Shown here: piece after piece, positions 28,901 through 38,901 of the stretch
Layout: each line of letters starts with the position of its first letter
How positions within the stretch are numbered: the stretch's first letter is position 1
NCBI RefSeq assembly: GCF_006345805.1
Contig: NC_043003.1
Coordinates: 20,770,001 to 20,834,000, forward strand
Length of the DNA stretch: 64,000 nucleotides
Direction of reading: 5' to 3'
DNA from: Octopus sinensis
Taxonomy: Eukaryota
Made by a program: the position numbers and the translations under genes
Notes under the pieces: model-generated
Databases searched by the model: none
What the model was told of the DNA's origin: nothing
The model's input: only the letters and a program-made list of their open reading frames with translations

Positions 28901-31900
28901 AGGATCATTCTGATTCTGGAAAATGGATGTTAAATGATGATGATGATGATGACGATGACAATAACAAGAATGATGGGAGAGAAAAAAGAAAAGCAAATAA
29001 GAGTAAAGGAAAAATCTATCTTTCTTCACTCAGCTGATCATTGGAACATACTGGAAGATTTCATTTATTTCCTGATCAAAGACATTCCGGCTGTGACCAA
29101 CCCAACATTTATGTTCTTTCAGTAACATTAAATCTTGCATTGTTTTATTTGATTATTCAATAAGAAAGACAGAGAAAAGAGATGTGAGAGAAAAATAAAT
29201 ACAGAAAATTATATTTCAAATACTTACACCTGAATTCTGTAGCCTTTGTTTTAGACATTTCAGCTGTTCTGCACGTTTAGAGCGGGCATCTCTCATAGCT
29301 CTTTTGACCTTTAGGTGCATGCGTACTCTGTTGAATATAGTGAACAGAATGGCAGAACCTGACACAAATAGGATTGCATAAATGCTTGGTTCTAGATAAG
29401 TCTGCACCTCTTCGGGTATATAGAGATCATAGTATTTCTGAAGTGCGTCTCCCATCTTTCCCTGGAAATAAAGACATATGTTAACTCTTTAGTAGATAGA
29501 TTACTCGGTCAAATGTAATGTTTATTTATTCACATCATTTTGAACAAATCCTGTATTATCTCATAGCTTCATAGTCTCAATGATATGATAATGTATTTTT
29601 GGAATAACATTTTGGAAATAAAAATTTCCACAAAAATCAAATGAAAATTGTAGTTAAGATACCCGTGCTGGTGGCACGTAAAAAGCACATCCGAGCATGG
29701 TTGATGTCAGCTCCGCCTGACTGACATCTGTGTCGGTGACACATAAAAAGTACCAACCGATTGTGGCCGTTTGCCAGCCACCTCTGGCCCCTGTGCCGGT
29801 GGCTTGTAAAATGCACCCACTACACTCACGGAGTGATTAGCATTAAGAAGGGCATCCAGTTGTAGAAACAGTGCCAGATCAGACTGCAGCCTGGCGCAGC
29901 CTCCTGGCTTCCCAGACCCCGGTCGAGCCATCCAATCCCTGCTAGCAATGGAAAACGGACGTTAAACGATGATGACGATGATTGTAGGGTACATATGAGA
30001 TGCCAGTTATAACCAGTTTGAACATAAAATAAGTAGAATATTTGGGCCGGATTTGGCCGATTTAAATGCTAAAGGGTTAATAAAAACAAGATTGAATGTG
30101 ATACAAGCTTAACAAAATATTTTACACAATATCAATTCCAAGCCTTCCATGCTAGCATGGGTTGGACAGTTTTGACAGATGCTAACCAGGCAGAAGACTG
30201 TACCAGACTTTTGTCTGTTTTGGGCATGGTTTTTATGGCAAGATGCCCCTCCAAACTCCAAGCACCTCAGAGTGGACAGAGTGCTTTTTATATGGCACCA
30301 GCACAGGCGAGGACAGTTTTGGCTTAGATTTTGCAGCAGGATGCCCTTCTTAACAACAACCACTTTACAGTGTGGACTGGGTGCTTTTTATGTAGCACCA
30401 CCTTTCCACACACCAACCAGCTTGCAGAGTGGACTGAATGTTTGTATGTGGCACCAGCACAGACGAGGTCAGTTTTGGCATGGTTTTTACTGCTTGATGC
30501 CCTTCCAAATGCCAACCACTTTACAGTGTGGACTGGATGCTCTTTACATGAGACTATGTACATAAATCATTGTATGGTTAAAAAGTTCACTTCACAACCA
30601 CGAGATTTCAAGTTCAGTTCCATTCTGAAGTATCTTGGGTATGTGCCTTCTTCAATGGCCTTGTGCTGACCAATGTCTTGTAAGTGGAAATTGAGATTGG
30701 AACTGTATGTAAACTCAACCTGTGTGTATGTGTGCATTGTGTTCTTGTATATGTTTGTGTGTGTAATGTGTGTGTGTATATAGTGTGTGTATGTGTTCGT
30801 GTGTGTGTGTATGTGTGTGTGTATGTGCATGCATGCATGTGTAATGTTTGTAGTGTGTGTGCATGTGCATACAAATGTGCATGTATGTAGACATTATGAT
30901 CAGTCCCTCCTTCTGCACTCCCAAGGAGCAGCAGAATAAAACAAAACAATCCCTTACTTGAAAAACAGGTTAAATGTTGATGTCAGGAAGGGCATCCAGC
31001 CATAAAAATGCTGCAACAAATAAGTGCCCACCCAACCAATGCTAGCATGGAAAAGAGCATATCAAACAAATGAACAAACAAACAAAACAAATATATTCTT
31101 TTACTGGTTTTAAAAGAATGGACTACCTTCAAGGATTTTAGTCAATTATATTGATCACTTTTACCATAGGCATATCACCCAAAGATGAAGACAAGACAAC
31201 AATGCTATCATGTTGAGGAACAGAGCTAGCTTTGGACAATCAATGAGGGATCTTTACCTTTTGACCTACAGATTTAAAAAATAATTTTTTGTAACTAAAC
31301 ACTTTCAAACTTCGGACACTGGTAGAATGTGTCATATAAAACATGTTTTACTCTTAGCATTTTTGAGAAAAACTTATATTTATGAAGTAATTTCACCTTA
31401 AAGTTCTCATATTTCGGTAATTTCAACCAATCAATGACGTGTATTCAACTGAATAAAATTACTGCTGTTGTTTGCCAACAAGAACTTCCAGCGATGTATA
31501 TTTCATCCACAGACCAAATCCTGCACCTGGTGCAAAGTCCCATCCAGACCTAGGGTGATGTGGTGGTGGAGCGATGCTGTAGACAAGGCCATTAGAGCAA
31601 AGAAACAGGCCTGGAAGGACTGGAAGCTTTGGGGTAGCAGGGAATTTATCAGATAGTCAGAAAGGAAGCTAGGAAACAGGTGTATCTAGTCAGGGGAGAA
31701 ATAGAAAAGAAGTTTTCCTATGTTCAGCAATGTGAGGACCAGAGACTTGAAGTGTTTCAGATTGCAAGACAGTGTGTGAGAGAAAATCATGATGTCATAG
31801 GAGAAAAATGTATCTGCTTGAATGGTGGTGCACTTGCATTTAATGATTCTGCAAAGGAAGGAGCTTGGAAATGTCATTATGAAAAGCTGCTAAACGTGGA

Positions 31901-33602
31901 GAATAAACAGAAGGAGAGTTTGCCAAATGTTGACCCAACTGAGGGACCAGCTATCTGAATCAACAATAGCTTAGTAGATAAAGCAATAAAGAGCATGCAT
32001 GCAGATAGGGAAATTAAGTGCATGCAGACAGATGTGGAAGCGCAATGGCCCAGTGGTTAGGACAGTGGACTCACAGTTGGAGATCGCGGTTTCGATTCCC
32101 AGACTGGGCGTTGTATTTATTGAGCGAAAACACCTAAAGCTCCATGAGACTCCAGCAGGGGGTGGTGGCAACCCCTGTTGTACTCTTTTGCCTCAACTTT
32201 CTCTCACTCTTTCTTCCTGTTTCTTGAGTAACACTGCAATGGACTGGCATCCCATCCAGCTGGGGGGAACACATACGCCACAGAAACCGGTAAACCGAGC
32301 CCATGAGCCTGGCTAGGCTCGAAAAGGGCGCATAAATAAAAAAAAACATAAGACAGGGAAAGGCCCCAGCCCATCAGGAATCACAGCTGAAATTTTAGAA
32401 GTATTATATCATAATGGTATCACTAGAAGTGAACCATGTTTTTGATATGTAAAGCTTTTGTAAGCAAGCATTAACACAGACAGTTAAACAGGCATTGAGT
32501 TATTCAGATTCACCTTTTACTAACCTGTTGAATTAGCTCATATAATATCAATAAATAAAGGACAGAGACAAACATGAGGATTTACTTACGACAACCTGCA
32601 TTTAGTTGTAGGCAGTTATATGTTGTATTCTCTAAGGCTAGAATATTAACTGATGGTAACTGACACAAATAAGCATGGAAAACATGGATAAATTTTGCAG
32701 TAAAATGTGAGGTTTACAAAATAGTATTAAATTAAACAGGATAATTGATGTGTAATGACTTTAATGAGACAGTGAAGTAATTATTATACTAACATGAAAT
32801 GATGATGATGAGAGAAATTTTCCTTCTCACATGATAAATTACAACAACAAAATTATGTGTAATTATACAAATGTATATCAGTAATTATGTAAGTTATCAA
32901 GGACTGAAATTTATACAGGTCCAGCTGGTTAAATATTAGAAATACAAGATTAATTAGCAGCATTATGCCTGACATGGAGATACGAGTGTACTAAACGACA
33001 ATCACAAAGAATCGAGGTTTTCTGGTGGGGGGAAGGGTTGTGCCTATTCATACAAGTTTTTCTTTTCATACTACTAATGTTATCTAAAAGAAAAGCCTTC
33101 ATTTTAGGGCTGATACAGCTTGGCACCAGCACCACCACTGATGTTGCTATCAGAGCACCAAGAACCAGAGAAGATATACTACAAAGCATCTAGTCTGATG
33201 CTTTAATAGTTCCACCAATTCACTCCCTTAGATCGGTCATTTCTTATTATTGACCTTAAACAAACAAAAGTAAAGTTGACACCAGTGACATCTGAATACA
33301 GAATGCAAAAATTCAGAAGAAATACTGCAAAGTATTCTATCCAAAGCTCTATCAATTCTACTAGTAAGATAATCATTAAAACATTAAAAAAAATTCACAT
33401 TCTCTCTTTACTCACTTTTACTTGTTTCAGTCATTTGACTGCAGCCAAGTCGACCCCAGGACTTATTCTTTGAAAGCCTAGTACTTACTCTATCAGTCTC
33501 TTTTGCCGAACTGCTATGTTACGGGGATGCAAACACACCAGCATCAGTTGTCAAGCAATGTTGGGGGGACAAACACAAACACACAGACACACACAGATAT
33601 AT

Positions 33603-33635
<33 letters not shown>

Positions 33636-36600
33636 TGAGAAAGTTGGTGTGTGAAAGCACGTGGTTGAATATATAGAAAATAGTAAAAAGTGAAAAAACT
33701 ACAGAAGGCTTGTTTTGAAAGGTTAAAAAATATATTTGAGTTATTATGTCAGAAGAATGTTATAAAATTTGTTCATACAGTGACATACTTTTTGAAGAAA
33801 TGACTCGAGTTTCAGGGTATTGACCTGTCATCGGCGTGTGACAATCACAGTTGTCGACAACTGTGATTGTCACACGCCGATGACAGGTCAATACCCTGAA
33901 ACTCGAGTCATTTCTTCAAAAAGTATGTCACTGTATGAACAAATTTTATAACATTCTTCTGACATAATGACTCAAATATATTTTTTAACCTTTCAAAACA
34001 AGCCTTCTGTAGTTTTTTCACTTTTTACTATTTTCTATATATATATATACATATATATGATGGGCTTCTTTCAGTTTCCGTCTACCAAATCCACTCACAA
34101 GGCTTTGGTCAGCCCGATGCTATAGTAGAAGACACTTGCCCAAGGTGCCATGCAGTGGGACTGAACCTGGATCCATGTGGTTGGTAAGCAAGCTATTTAC
34201 CACACAATCACATTGATCATATTTTGATTCTTAAAAATAGCCAATTTAAATTCACTAATTTTGGAAATATTGTATGATCCAATACTGGACAAAATCATTA
34301 ATAGAATAGAAAGTTAAGTCCTGAGCAACTGATCCATCTAGAAAGACTCTATAAGCATATTAAACAGGGATTACCCTGGAGAATCGCATCTTTTGCAACA
34401 ATGGCCTTACTGTTTGGTCAGAAGTATCCAGAAAGAAAATCGTTTAATCATGACATATCTATTGTGACATTACTATTTCATGCATTCACCTGAAGCTTGT
34501 AGTAAGGCGACCCAACTCTTCTTGACTAGAAGTGGACTAAGTATGCAGAGATAAAAAATTTTGAAAAGGATGGTCTTCACCAGCAGCCAAGACATTTTGG
34601 ATCCTTGAACTCTTGTACATATTGATTAAGTCTTCATGGATTCCAGTTCATGATTGTCAAATGTTATTTGAGTTCCCCAATAGGAAGAGCTCAACCATAA
34701 AACAGCCACTATAAGTAATTTTCTTTTGGAACAGTGTGCTCAAAGATTTACTGCCAAACAACATTCCAAAATATCTTGATAATAATGTGTTGTCAATTAC
34801 AGAAAATTGGCTGTATCCCTTACAAAATGCTGCCATATCATCTATAATTAAATGGACTTATGGAATGGATGATTTAAACACTCAAAGATGGGATTAAAAG
34901 ACATTTTCACCCCATAGAGGAAACTTTGAGTTATTTTTATTCAGACTATATTTAAACTATTTCCCTCATGCAAACAGGTTAGAGTAACTTTCTGTTTTGA
35001 TGTATCAGTTCCATACACCTTTTACTTAATCCTATTCCACAGATCATGAAATATGATATAAAAAAATAATGATTCAAAACCAGTATTGGTAAAGCTTTAT
35101 AATGCAAGTTGGAAATAACATTGTTTTCATAGAGAGGGAACTTTGGCTCATGCAGACCCAAATCAGCCCCAAACTCCCTTAAATAAAAAAACCTTTTTGT
35201 CTGAAAATAATTAGAATTTTTCTTTTTCTTTCCATTTTTTTTCTTTTTTACCATAAAGACTTCATAGAGCCAAAAGAATTGACAAAAAATGAATAGTTTT
35301 TAATGAAATTTTCTACAAATGCACTACAGATTGTGTAGATTCTGATTATAAATTTGTTGAGAAAAATATCTTCTATGGGTGGGAAGAGGAGTTTCGGAAA
35401 ATTCACACGAGACAGCTTTGTTTCCTTGTAACTTTCAGAAAAACGGATATTTTTCAATGAAATTTTCTAGAAATACTTTTCAGAGTCTGTAAATTACAAT
35501 TATATCAGAATTTGATGTGAAAAGAAAAATAGTGAGTACACACATACTAACACACATCAAAATTCTTTCAGAAATTTCATGTTTATAGGTGCAGGAGTGG
35601 CTGTGTGGCAAGTAGTTTGCTTACCAGCCACATGGTTCTGGGTTCAGTCCCGCTGTGTGGCACCTTGGACAAGTGTCTTCTACTATAGCCTCGGGCCGAC
35701 CAAAGCCTTGTGAGTGGATTTGGTAGATGGAAACTGAAAGAAGCCCAACGTATATATGTATATGTGTGTGTGTGTGTGTGTGCTTGTGTCTGTGTTCGTC
35801 CCCCCAACATCGTTTGATAACCGATGCTGGTGTGTTTACGTCCCCGTAACTTAGCGGTTCGGCAAAAGTGACTGATAGAATAAGTACTAGGCTTACAAAG
35901 AATAAATCGTGGGGTCGATTTGCTCGACTAAAGGCGGTGCTCCAGCATGGTCGCAATCAAATGACTGAAACAAGTAAAAGAGAGTAAAGATTTTTATTTG
36001 GTAGATATATGTGACGTGTGTCAGTATGTATACGTGCCCTACACAGTTTTTCAAATTCAGTTCTTTTACATTAAATTCTGATATAATCATAATCATATCT
36101 ACACACTCTGAAAGGTATTTGTAGAAAATTTCACTAAAAATTACCCATTCTTCTATCTCGTGTGAATTTTCCGAAACTCCTCATCCCACATCTGAAGCGT
36201 ATTTGTAGAAAATGTTATTAAAACAATATCCATTTTTCTGGAAAATACGAGGCAACAAAGTTAGGTGTGCACACATGTGTAAGAATGCCCCATAAAACAG
36301 ACATGTGCATCTTTATTGTTATTTTTAAAAAAAAGGTAATGAGCAGGCAGAATCGCTAGAACTCCGGGCAAATTGTTTAGTGGCATTTTGTTGGTCTTTA
36401 CGTTCCAAGTTCAAATTCCACCGCGGTCCATTTTGCCTTTCAGCCTTTCGGGTTTGATAAAATAAGGGCGAAGGTAAAAATACGCACACCACCCGTTTTC
36501 GGCGTAGTAAAAACCCTAACCCTAAACCTTAACCCTAAACACCGGGTGTACGTATTCTTTATCTTTGAGTGCTGGAGTCGATGTAATCTACTTCTGCCCT

Positions 36601-38209
36601 CCTGCGAAATTGCTAGCCTTGTACAGGAATTTGAAATTAATATTTTTAGCACACCGGACCAAATGCGGTTAAATTTTCGTGTAACACCCGCACGATTTTC
36701 ACTAAGGAAAAAAAAATCTCGGATTTTTTGCGTGGAATCAAGTACCCTGACCTCGTAATATGTTGCAAATCCCATATTTTTGTTCGGAATTGGGGGGTGT
36801 TACACGAAAATTTTACCCTTCTCTGGGTCGATAAAATAAGTAGCAGTTGAGCACGGAGGTCGATGTGGTCGAGCAACTCTCTCTTCCCTCCAAATCTCAG
36901 GCTTTGTGTCTATAATAGAAAAGATTAATTTCTAAAGAAAATGAAAGCAATTCTTATCAGTCATACAAAACAACATCTGTGTAGAAAATTTGAAAGAAAT
37001 ATAACGTTATTGACATATGTACAAAGAGAGAGAAAGAGAAAGCTACATAGAGTGAAACGAAGAGGGGTGGGGGTTGCCAAAGAATAAAAGAGAACGAAAG
37101 AAAGAAAGAAAAAAAGAAACATACAAACATTTAAACAAGGACTCGACTTCTATTTCTAGCCCTCCTTTATAGCTTATTTTTATTCTGTCCTTTCATAGAA
37201 AGATTGCCCAAACATTTGATAAAAAAATGAACAAAAGCGGTCATCGACCACTTTGACATACTTAACAAGGGCGTCGTAGAGATCCTGTTGATTCGGTTTA
37301 TATTCGGCGGTTTACTTTTCTTTCAACTTTCCCGGAAAATGGGACATTTTAGTATAAACATCCTTTTTCTGGGTAACAGTTAGTTTAACAGGAAAAAAAA
37401 AAAAAAAAAACGAAACCTTCGACCTTTAGGACGCAAGGTATATATTTCCAGACATAATTTTGGAATAAACAGCGTCCTCGACGCCGGGAAAATACAGTAC
37501 ACATGTACGCAAGCACGCAGACAGACAGGCAGGCATACAGACACATATACATAAGTATTCTCTTTTTTTACTCTTTTTACTTGTTTCAGTCATTTGACTG
37601 CGGTCATGCTGGAGCACCGCCTTTAATCGAGCAACTCGACCCCGGGACCTAAATTTTTAAGTAAGCCCAGTACTTATTCAATCGGTCTCTTTTGCCGAAC
37701 CGCTAAGTGACGGGGACTTAAACACACCAGTATCGGTTGTCAAGCAATGCTAGGGGGACAAACACAGACACACAAACACATACACATACATATATATATA
37801 TATATACATATATACGACGGGCTTCTTTCAGTTTCCGTCTACCAAATCCACTCACAAGGCTTTGGTCGGCCCGAGGCTATAGTAGAAGACACTTGCCCAA
37901 GGTGCCACGCAGTGGGACTGAACCCGGAACCATGTGGTTGGTAAACAAGCTACTTACCACACAGCCACTCCTACGCCTATATATGTTATTTATTAACTTT
38001 TTTTCTTTTTTAGTTTAATTTGAGTTCTGCTTGAGAGATTTCAAACCGGTTTTGCTAACAAAGCTAACAAAAGTGAGTCGTTGAACTTGTCGATGTATAC
38101 ACCGAAGTGTATGCATCGATATCGACCCCGGGTGGTCATTGGGACTATTCAAGAGGCCGGCATCATTGTCTCCATGTCTGCTCACCTCGATTTCTCTCAT
38201 AGCCACCAT
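851..38209 (-). CDS. FAAH: Fatty acid amide hydrolase 1-like amidase (amidase-signature family), 13 coding exons in window, 3' end off the left edge
   Basis: Manual splice: join(38209-38186,29461-29228,25383-25270,23313-23257,21745-21656,20300-20226,17201-17140,16058-15852,14592-14552,11628-11504,9103-8978,6829-6738,938-851). All introns are GT..AG, phases are compatible, there are no stops, 445 codons. Motifs: [10 protein letters not shown] (catalytic Lys), [26 protein letters not shown] (nucleophile Ser), RIGYY. Confidence 0.93.
1919..3209. repeat. Direct repeat (1919-2001 / 2564-2645) plus 559-bp inverted repeat (2051-2609 / 2651-3209)
   Basis: Arms are reverse complements read directly; identical mirror ORFs in the track at 2233-2433(-) and 2827-3027(+). 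Confidence 0.97.
3212..3385 (+). mobile_element. RTE-LINE 3'-end-related short repeat with (GAT)n tail
   Basis: gttggcgttaggaagggcatccagc...aacccatgctagcatggaaaacggacg(gat)n. Other copies at ~1250-1490, 9213-9640, 19470-19725, 27070-27400, 29655-29985, 30135-30550. RTE assignment is by recollection of the tail type. Confidence 0.7.
5005..5345 (+). mobile_element. tRNA-derived SINE family C (gtggttagagc...gagttcaattcc...cttgagcaagacactttatttc...gaagggggtcttta)
   Basis: A/B boxes. Copies at 13597-13945(-), 26058-26402(+), partial 10748-10870, variant 32035-32335. Confidence 0.8.
6103..6493 (-). mobile_element. Non-autonomous Helitron-like element
   Basis: 5'-TC...gcaacgccgggcgatactgCTAG-3' inserted between A and T, no TSD. 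Confidence 0.8.
6546..6719. mobile_element. Old hAT-type MITE next to the exon 12 donor
   Basis: Degenerate TIRs caatcatgggtaa / ttgcccatgcctg flanked by ctctatac / gtctaaac (NTCTARAN-like 8-mers). Confidence 0.45.
6738..6829 (-). CDS. FAAH: FAAH-like exon 12 ([30 protein letters not shown])
   Basis: TTTACAG acceptor, AT|GTAAGT donor, 92 nt. Aligns to LVPF.P......SDG. Confidence 0.88.
7686..8051. repeat. Perfect 180-bp tandem duplication inside a SINE-B dimer
   Basis: Lines 7741/7921 and 7801/7981 are identical. Confidence 0.95.
8405..8712 (+). mobile_element. Decayed R4/Dong-type RLE endonuclease C-terminus
   Basis: NKPGIVTKD.../...KITEKLIMY...[16 protein letters not shown]...QRIVLLG resembles the PD..D..K RLE and VPVIIGALG motifs. 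Frameshifted, follows a (TAA)n tract. Confidence 0.6.
8978..9103 (-). CDS. FAAH: FAAH-like exon 11 ([42 protein letters not shown])
   Basis: TTTCCAG acceptor, ACG|GTAAGA donor, 126 nt. Matches FAAH LRVGYYETD...RRAV...LEAAGHT. Confidence 0.95.
10025..10222 (-). mobile_element. Helentron/HINE-like non-autonomous element
   Basis: Terminal hairpin tacctcc...ggaggta followed by (gttt)n-type repeats on the minus strand. Confidence 0.5.
11504..11628 (-). CDS. FAAH: FAAH-like exon 10 ([41 protein letters not shown])
   Basis: ATTACAG acceptor, CAT|GTAAGG donor, 125 nt. GPM motif. Confidence 0.93.
12512..12785. repeat. Inverted repeat, 93-bp imperfect arms, 88-bp spacer
   Basis: 12512-12604 vs 12693-12785 are reverse complements. 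Confidence 0.9.
14552..14592 (-). CDS. FAAH: FAAH-like exon 9 ([13 protein letters not shown]), 41 nt
   Basis: ATTACAG acceptor, A|GTAAGA donor. Phase 2/1 is exactly what is needed between exons 8 and 10. Confidence 0.85.
15852..16058 (-). CDS. FAAH: FAAH-like exon 8, amidase signature ([42 protein letters not shown])
   Basis: TTTTCTTTTCAG acceptor, GG|GTAAGT donor, 207 nt, phase 2/2. Confidence 0.97.
17140..17201 (-). CDS. FAAH: FAAH-like exon 7 ([20 protein letters not shown])
   Basis: CTATTTCAG acceptor, AC|GTAAGC donor, 62 nt, phase 0/2. GAIPFVxTNVPQ motif. Confidence 0.95.
17378..19032. repeat. ~1.65-kb compound (TA/CA) microsatellite-minisatellite
   Basis: Units such as catatatatatatacataca (left) and catatacatttatacatacatatatata (right of ~18509). 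Source of the 377-590 aa artefactual ORFs. Confidence 0.98.
20226..20300 (-). CDS. FAAH: FAAH-like exon 6 ([25 protein letters not shown])
   Basis: GATTCAG acceptor, AAG|GTTTGT donor, 75 nt. Confidence 0.9.
20455..20845 (+). mobile_element. Non-autonomous Helitron-like element (second subfamily)
   Basis: A|TCTCTATATATATAAAGCTGAAG...gccgggcgatactgCTAG|T. 5'-truncated copy at ~24898-25167. Confidence 0.85.
21656..21745 (-). CDS. FAAH: FAAH-like exon 5 ([30 protein letters not shown]), catalytic Lys
   Basis: TTTTTTACTCAG acceptor, AAG|GTTGGT donor, 90 nt. [11 protein letters not shown] amidase motif. Confidence 0.93.
23257..23313 (-). CDS. FAAH: FAAH-like exon 4 ([19 protein letters not shown])
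   Basis: TTTTTCTGCTGTAG acceptor, GAG|GTAAGG donor, 57 nt. NC motif as in FAAH (TNCVT). Confidence 0.9.
25270..25383 (-). CDS. FAAH: FAAH-like exon 3 ([38 protein letters not shown])
   Basis: CTTTCAG acceptor, AAG|GTTGTT donor, 114 nt, phase 0/0. Resembles FAAH ILALPLPQLVQKL...VLFTY region. Confidence 0.9.
25662..26046 (+). mobile_element. Non-autonomous Helitron-like element
   Basis: A|TC...gcaacgccgggcgatactgCTAG|T; shares its 3' part with 6103-6493. Confidence 0.8.
27625..28038 (+). mobile_element. tRNA-derived bipartite SINE family A (head + body + internal TA/CA microsatellite + tail ...aaacaagtaaaagag)
   Basis: ggcgcaggagtggctgtgtggtaag...ggttcagtcccactgcgtggcaccttgggcaagtgtcttctac. 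Many more full or partial copies in both orientations, e.g. 128-520, 10972-11250, 23440-23840, 33413-34210, 35588-35988, 37570-37978, 43058-43467, 55593-56025, 57063-57462, 60830-61290. Confidence 0.92.
29228..29461 (-). CDS. FAAH: FAAH-like exon 2 (GKMGDAL...QNSG), N-terminal hydrophobic/TM segment
   Basis: TTTCCAG acceptor, GGT|GTAAGT donor. Contains [18 protein letters not shown] followed by a basic stretch, as in the FAAH N-terminus. Confidence 0.9.
31468..32420 (+). mobile_element. Decayed RTE-clade LINE ORF2 fragment, interrupted by a SINE at ~32035-32335
   Basis: [21 protein letters not shown]...[11 protein letters not shown]...[14 protein letters not shown]...GKAP motifs, with stops and frameshifts. 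Confidence 0.8.
33669..34042. repeat. 374-bp spacerless palindrome inserted in the (TA)n of a SINE-A copy
   Basis: Centre GTTGTC|GACAAC at 33855/33856; one mismatch seen. Confidence 0.97.
38186..38209 (-). CDS. FAAH: FAAH-like candidate exon 1 (MVAMREIE), 24 nt coding
   Basis: ATG GTG GCT ATG AGA GAA ATC GAG|GTGAGC in a CpG-containing non-repeat island. Phase 0 joins in frame to the acceptor at 29461 (CAG|GGA AAG ATG). Confidence 0.6.
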
Positions 38210-38340
38210 TTACTCCACGAACACGAACTTAGTCCTCGGTAAAAGTTTCAGAGTGTAAGTTCAAATCATTTGAGCGCTGCTAAGTGTTTTTTTATATCGA
38301 GAATTTCTGGATTTCATCTGTTGGCTGGCTCGCTCTCTCT
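38210..38340 (-). promoter_or_regulatory. Probable 5' UTR/proximal promoter of the FAAH-like gene
   Basis: CpG-containing non-repeat sequence immediately upstream of the candidate ATG. I saw no strong acceptor, so this is inferred to be the first exon. Confidence 0.35.
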
Positions 38341-38842
38341 CTCTCTGTGTATGTATGTATGTATGTACATGTGTGTGTCGTTTGTACTTTTACTCTATTA
38401 ATATATAAATGTTTATATATGTATATATAGTGGCTGTGTGGTAAGTATCTTGCTTACCAACCACATGGTTCCGGGTTCAGTCCCATTGCGTGGCACCTTG
38501 GGCTAGTGTCTTCTACTATAGCCTAGGGCCAACCAAAGCCTTGTGAGTGGATTAGGTAGACGGAAACTGAAAGAAGCCCATTGTATATATATATATATAT
38601 ATATATACATATGTATGTGCGTGTATATGTTTGTGTCTGTTTGTCCTCCTAACATCGCTTGACAACCGATGCTGGTGTGTTTACGTCCCCGTAACTTAGA
38701 CACCGATAGAATAATTACTAGGCTTACAAAGAATAAGTCCTGGTGTCGATTTGTGCGGGGACGTAAACACACCAGCATCGGTTGTCAAGCGATGTTGGTG
38801 GGGGGACAAACACAGACACACAAATATATACACATGCATGTG

Positions 38843-38901
<59 letters not shown>

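Noticed and set aside
29224-29231. Alternative exon 2 donor TCAG|GTGTAA
   Set aside because: It gives phase 1 and breaks the frame with exon 3; GGT|GTAAGT keeps the frame.
34979-35254. 91-aa minus-strand ORF in intron 1
   Set aside because: No recognisable domain or splice pair; surrounded by decayed DNA-element sequence.
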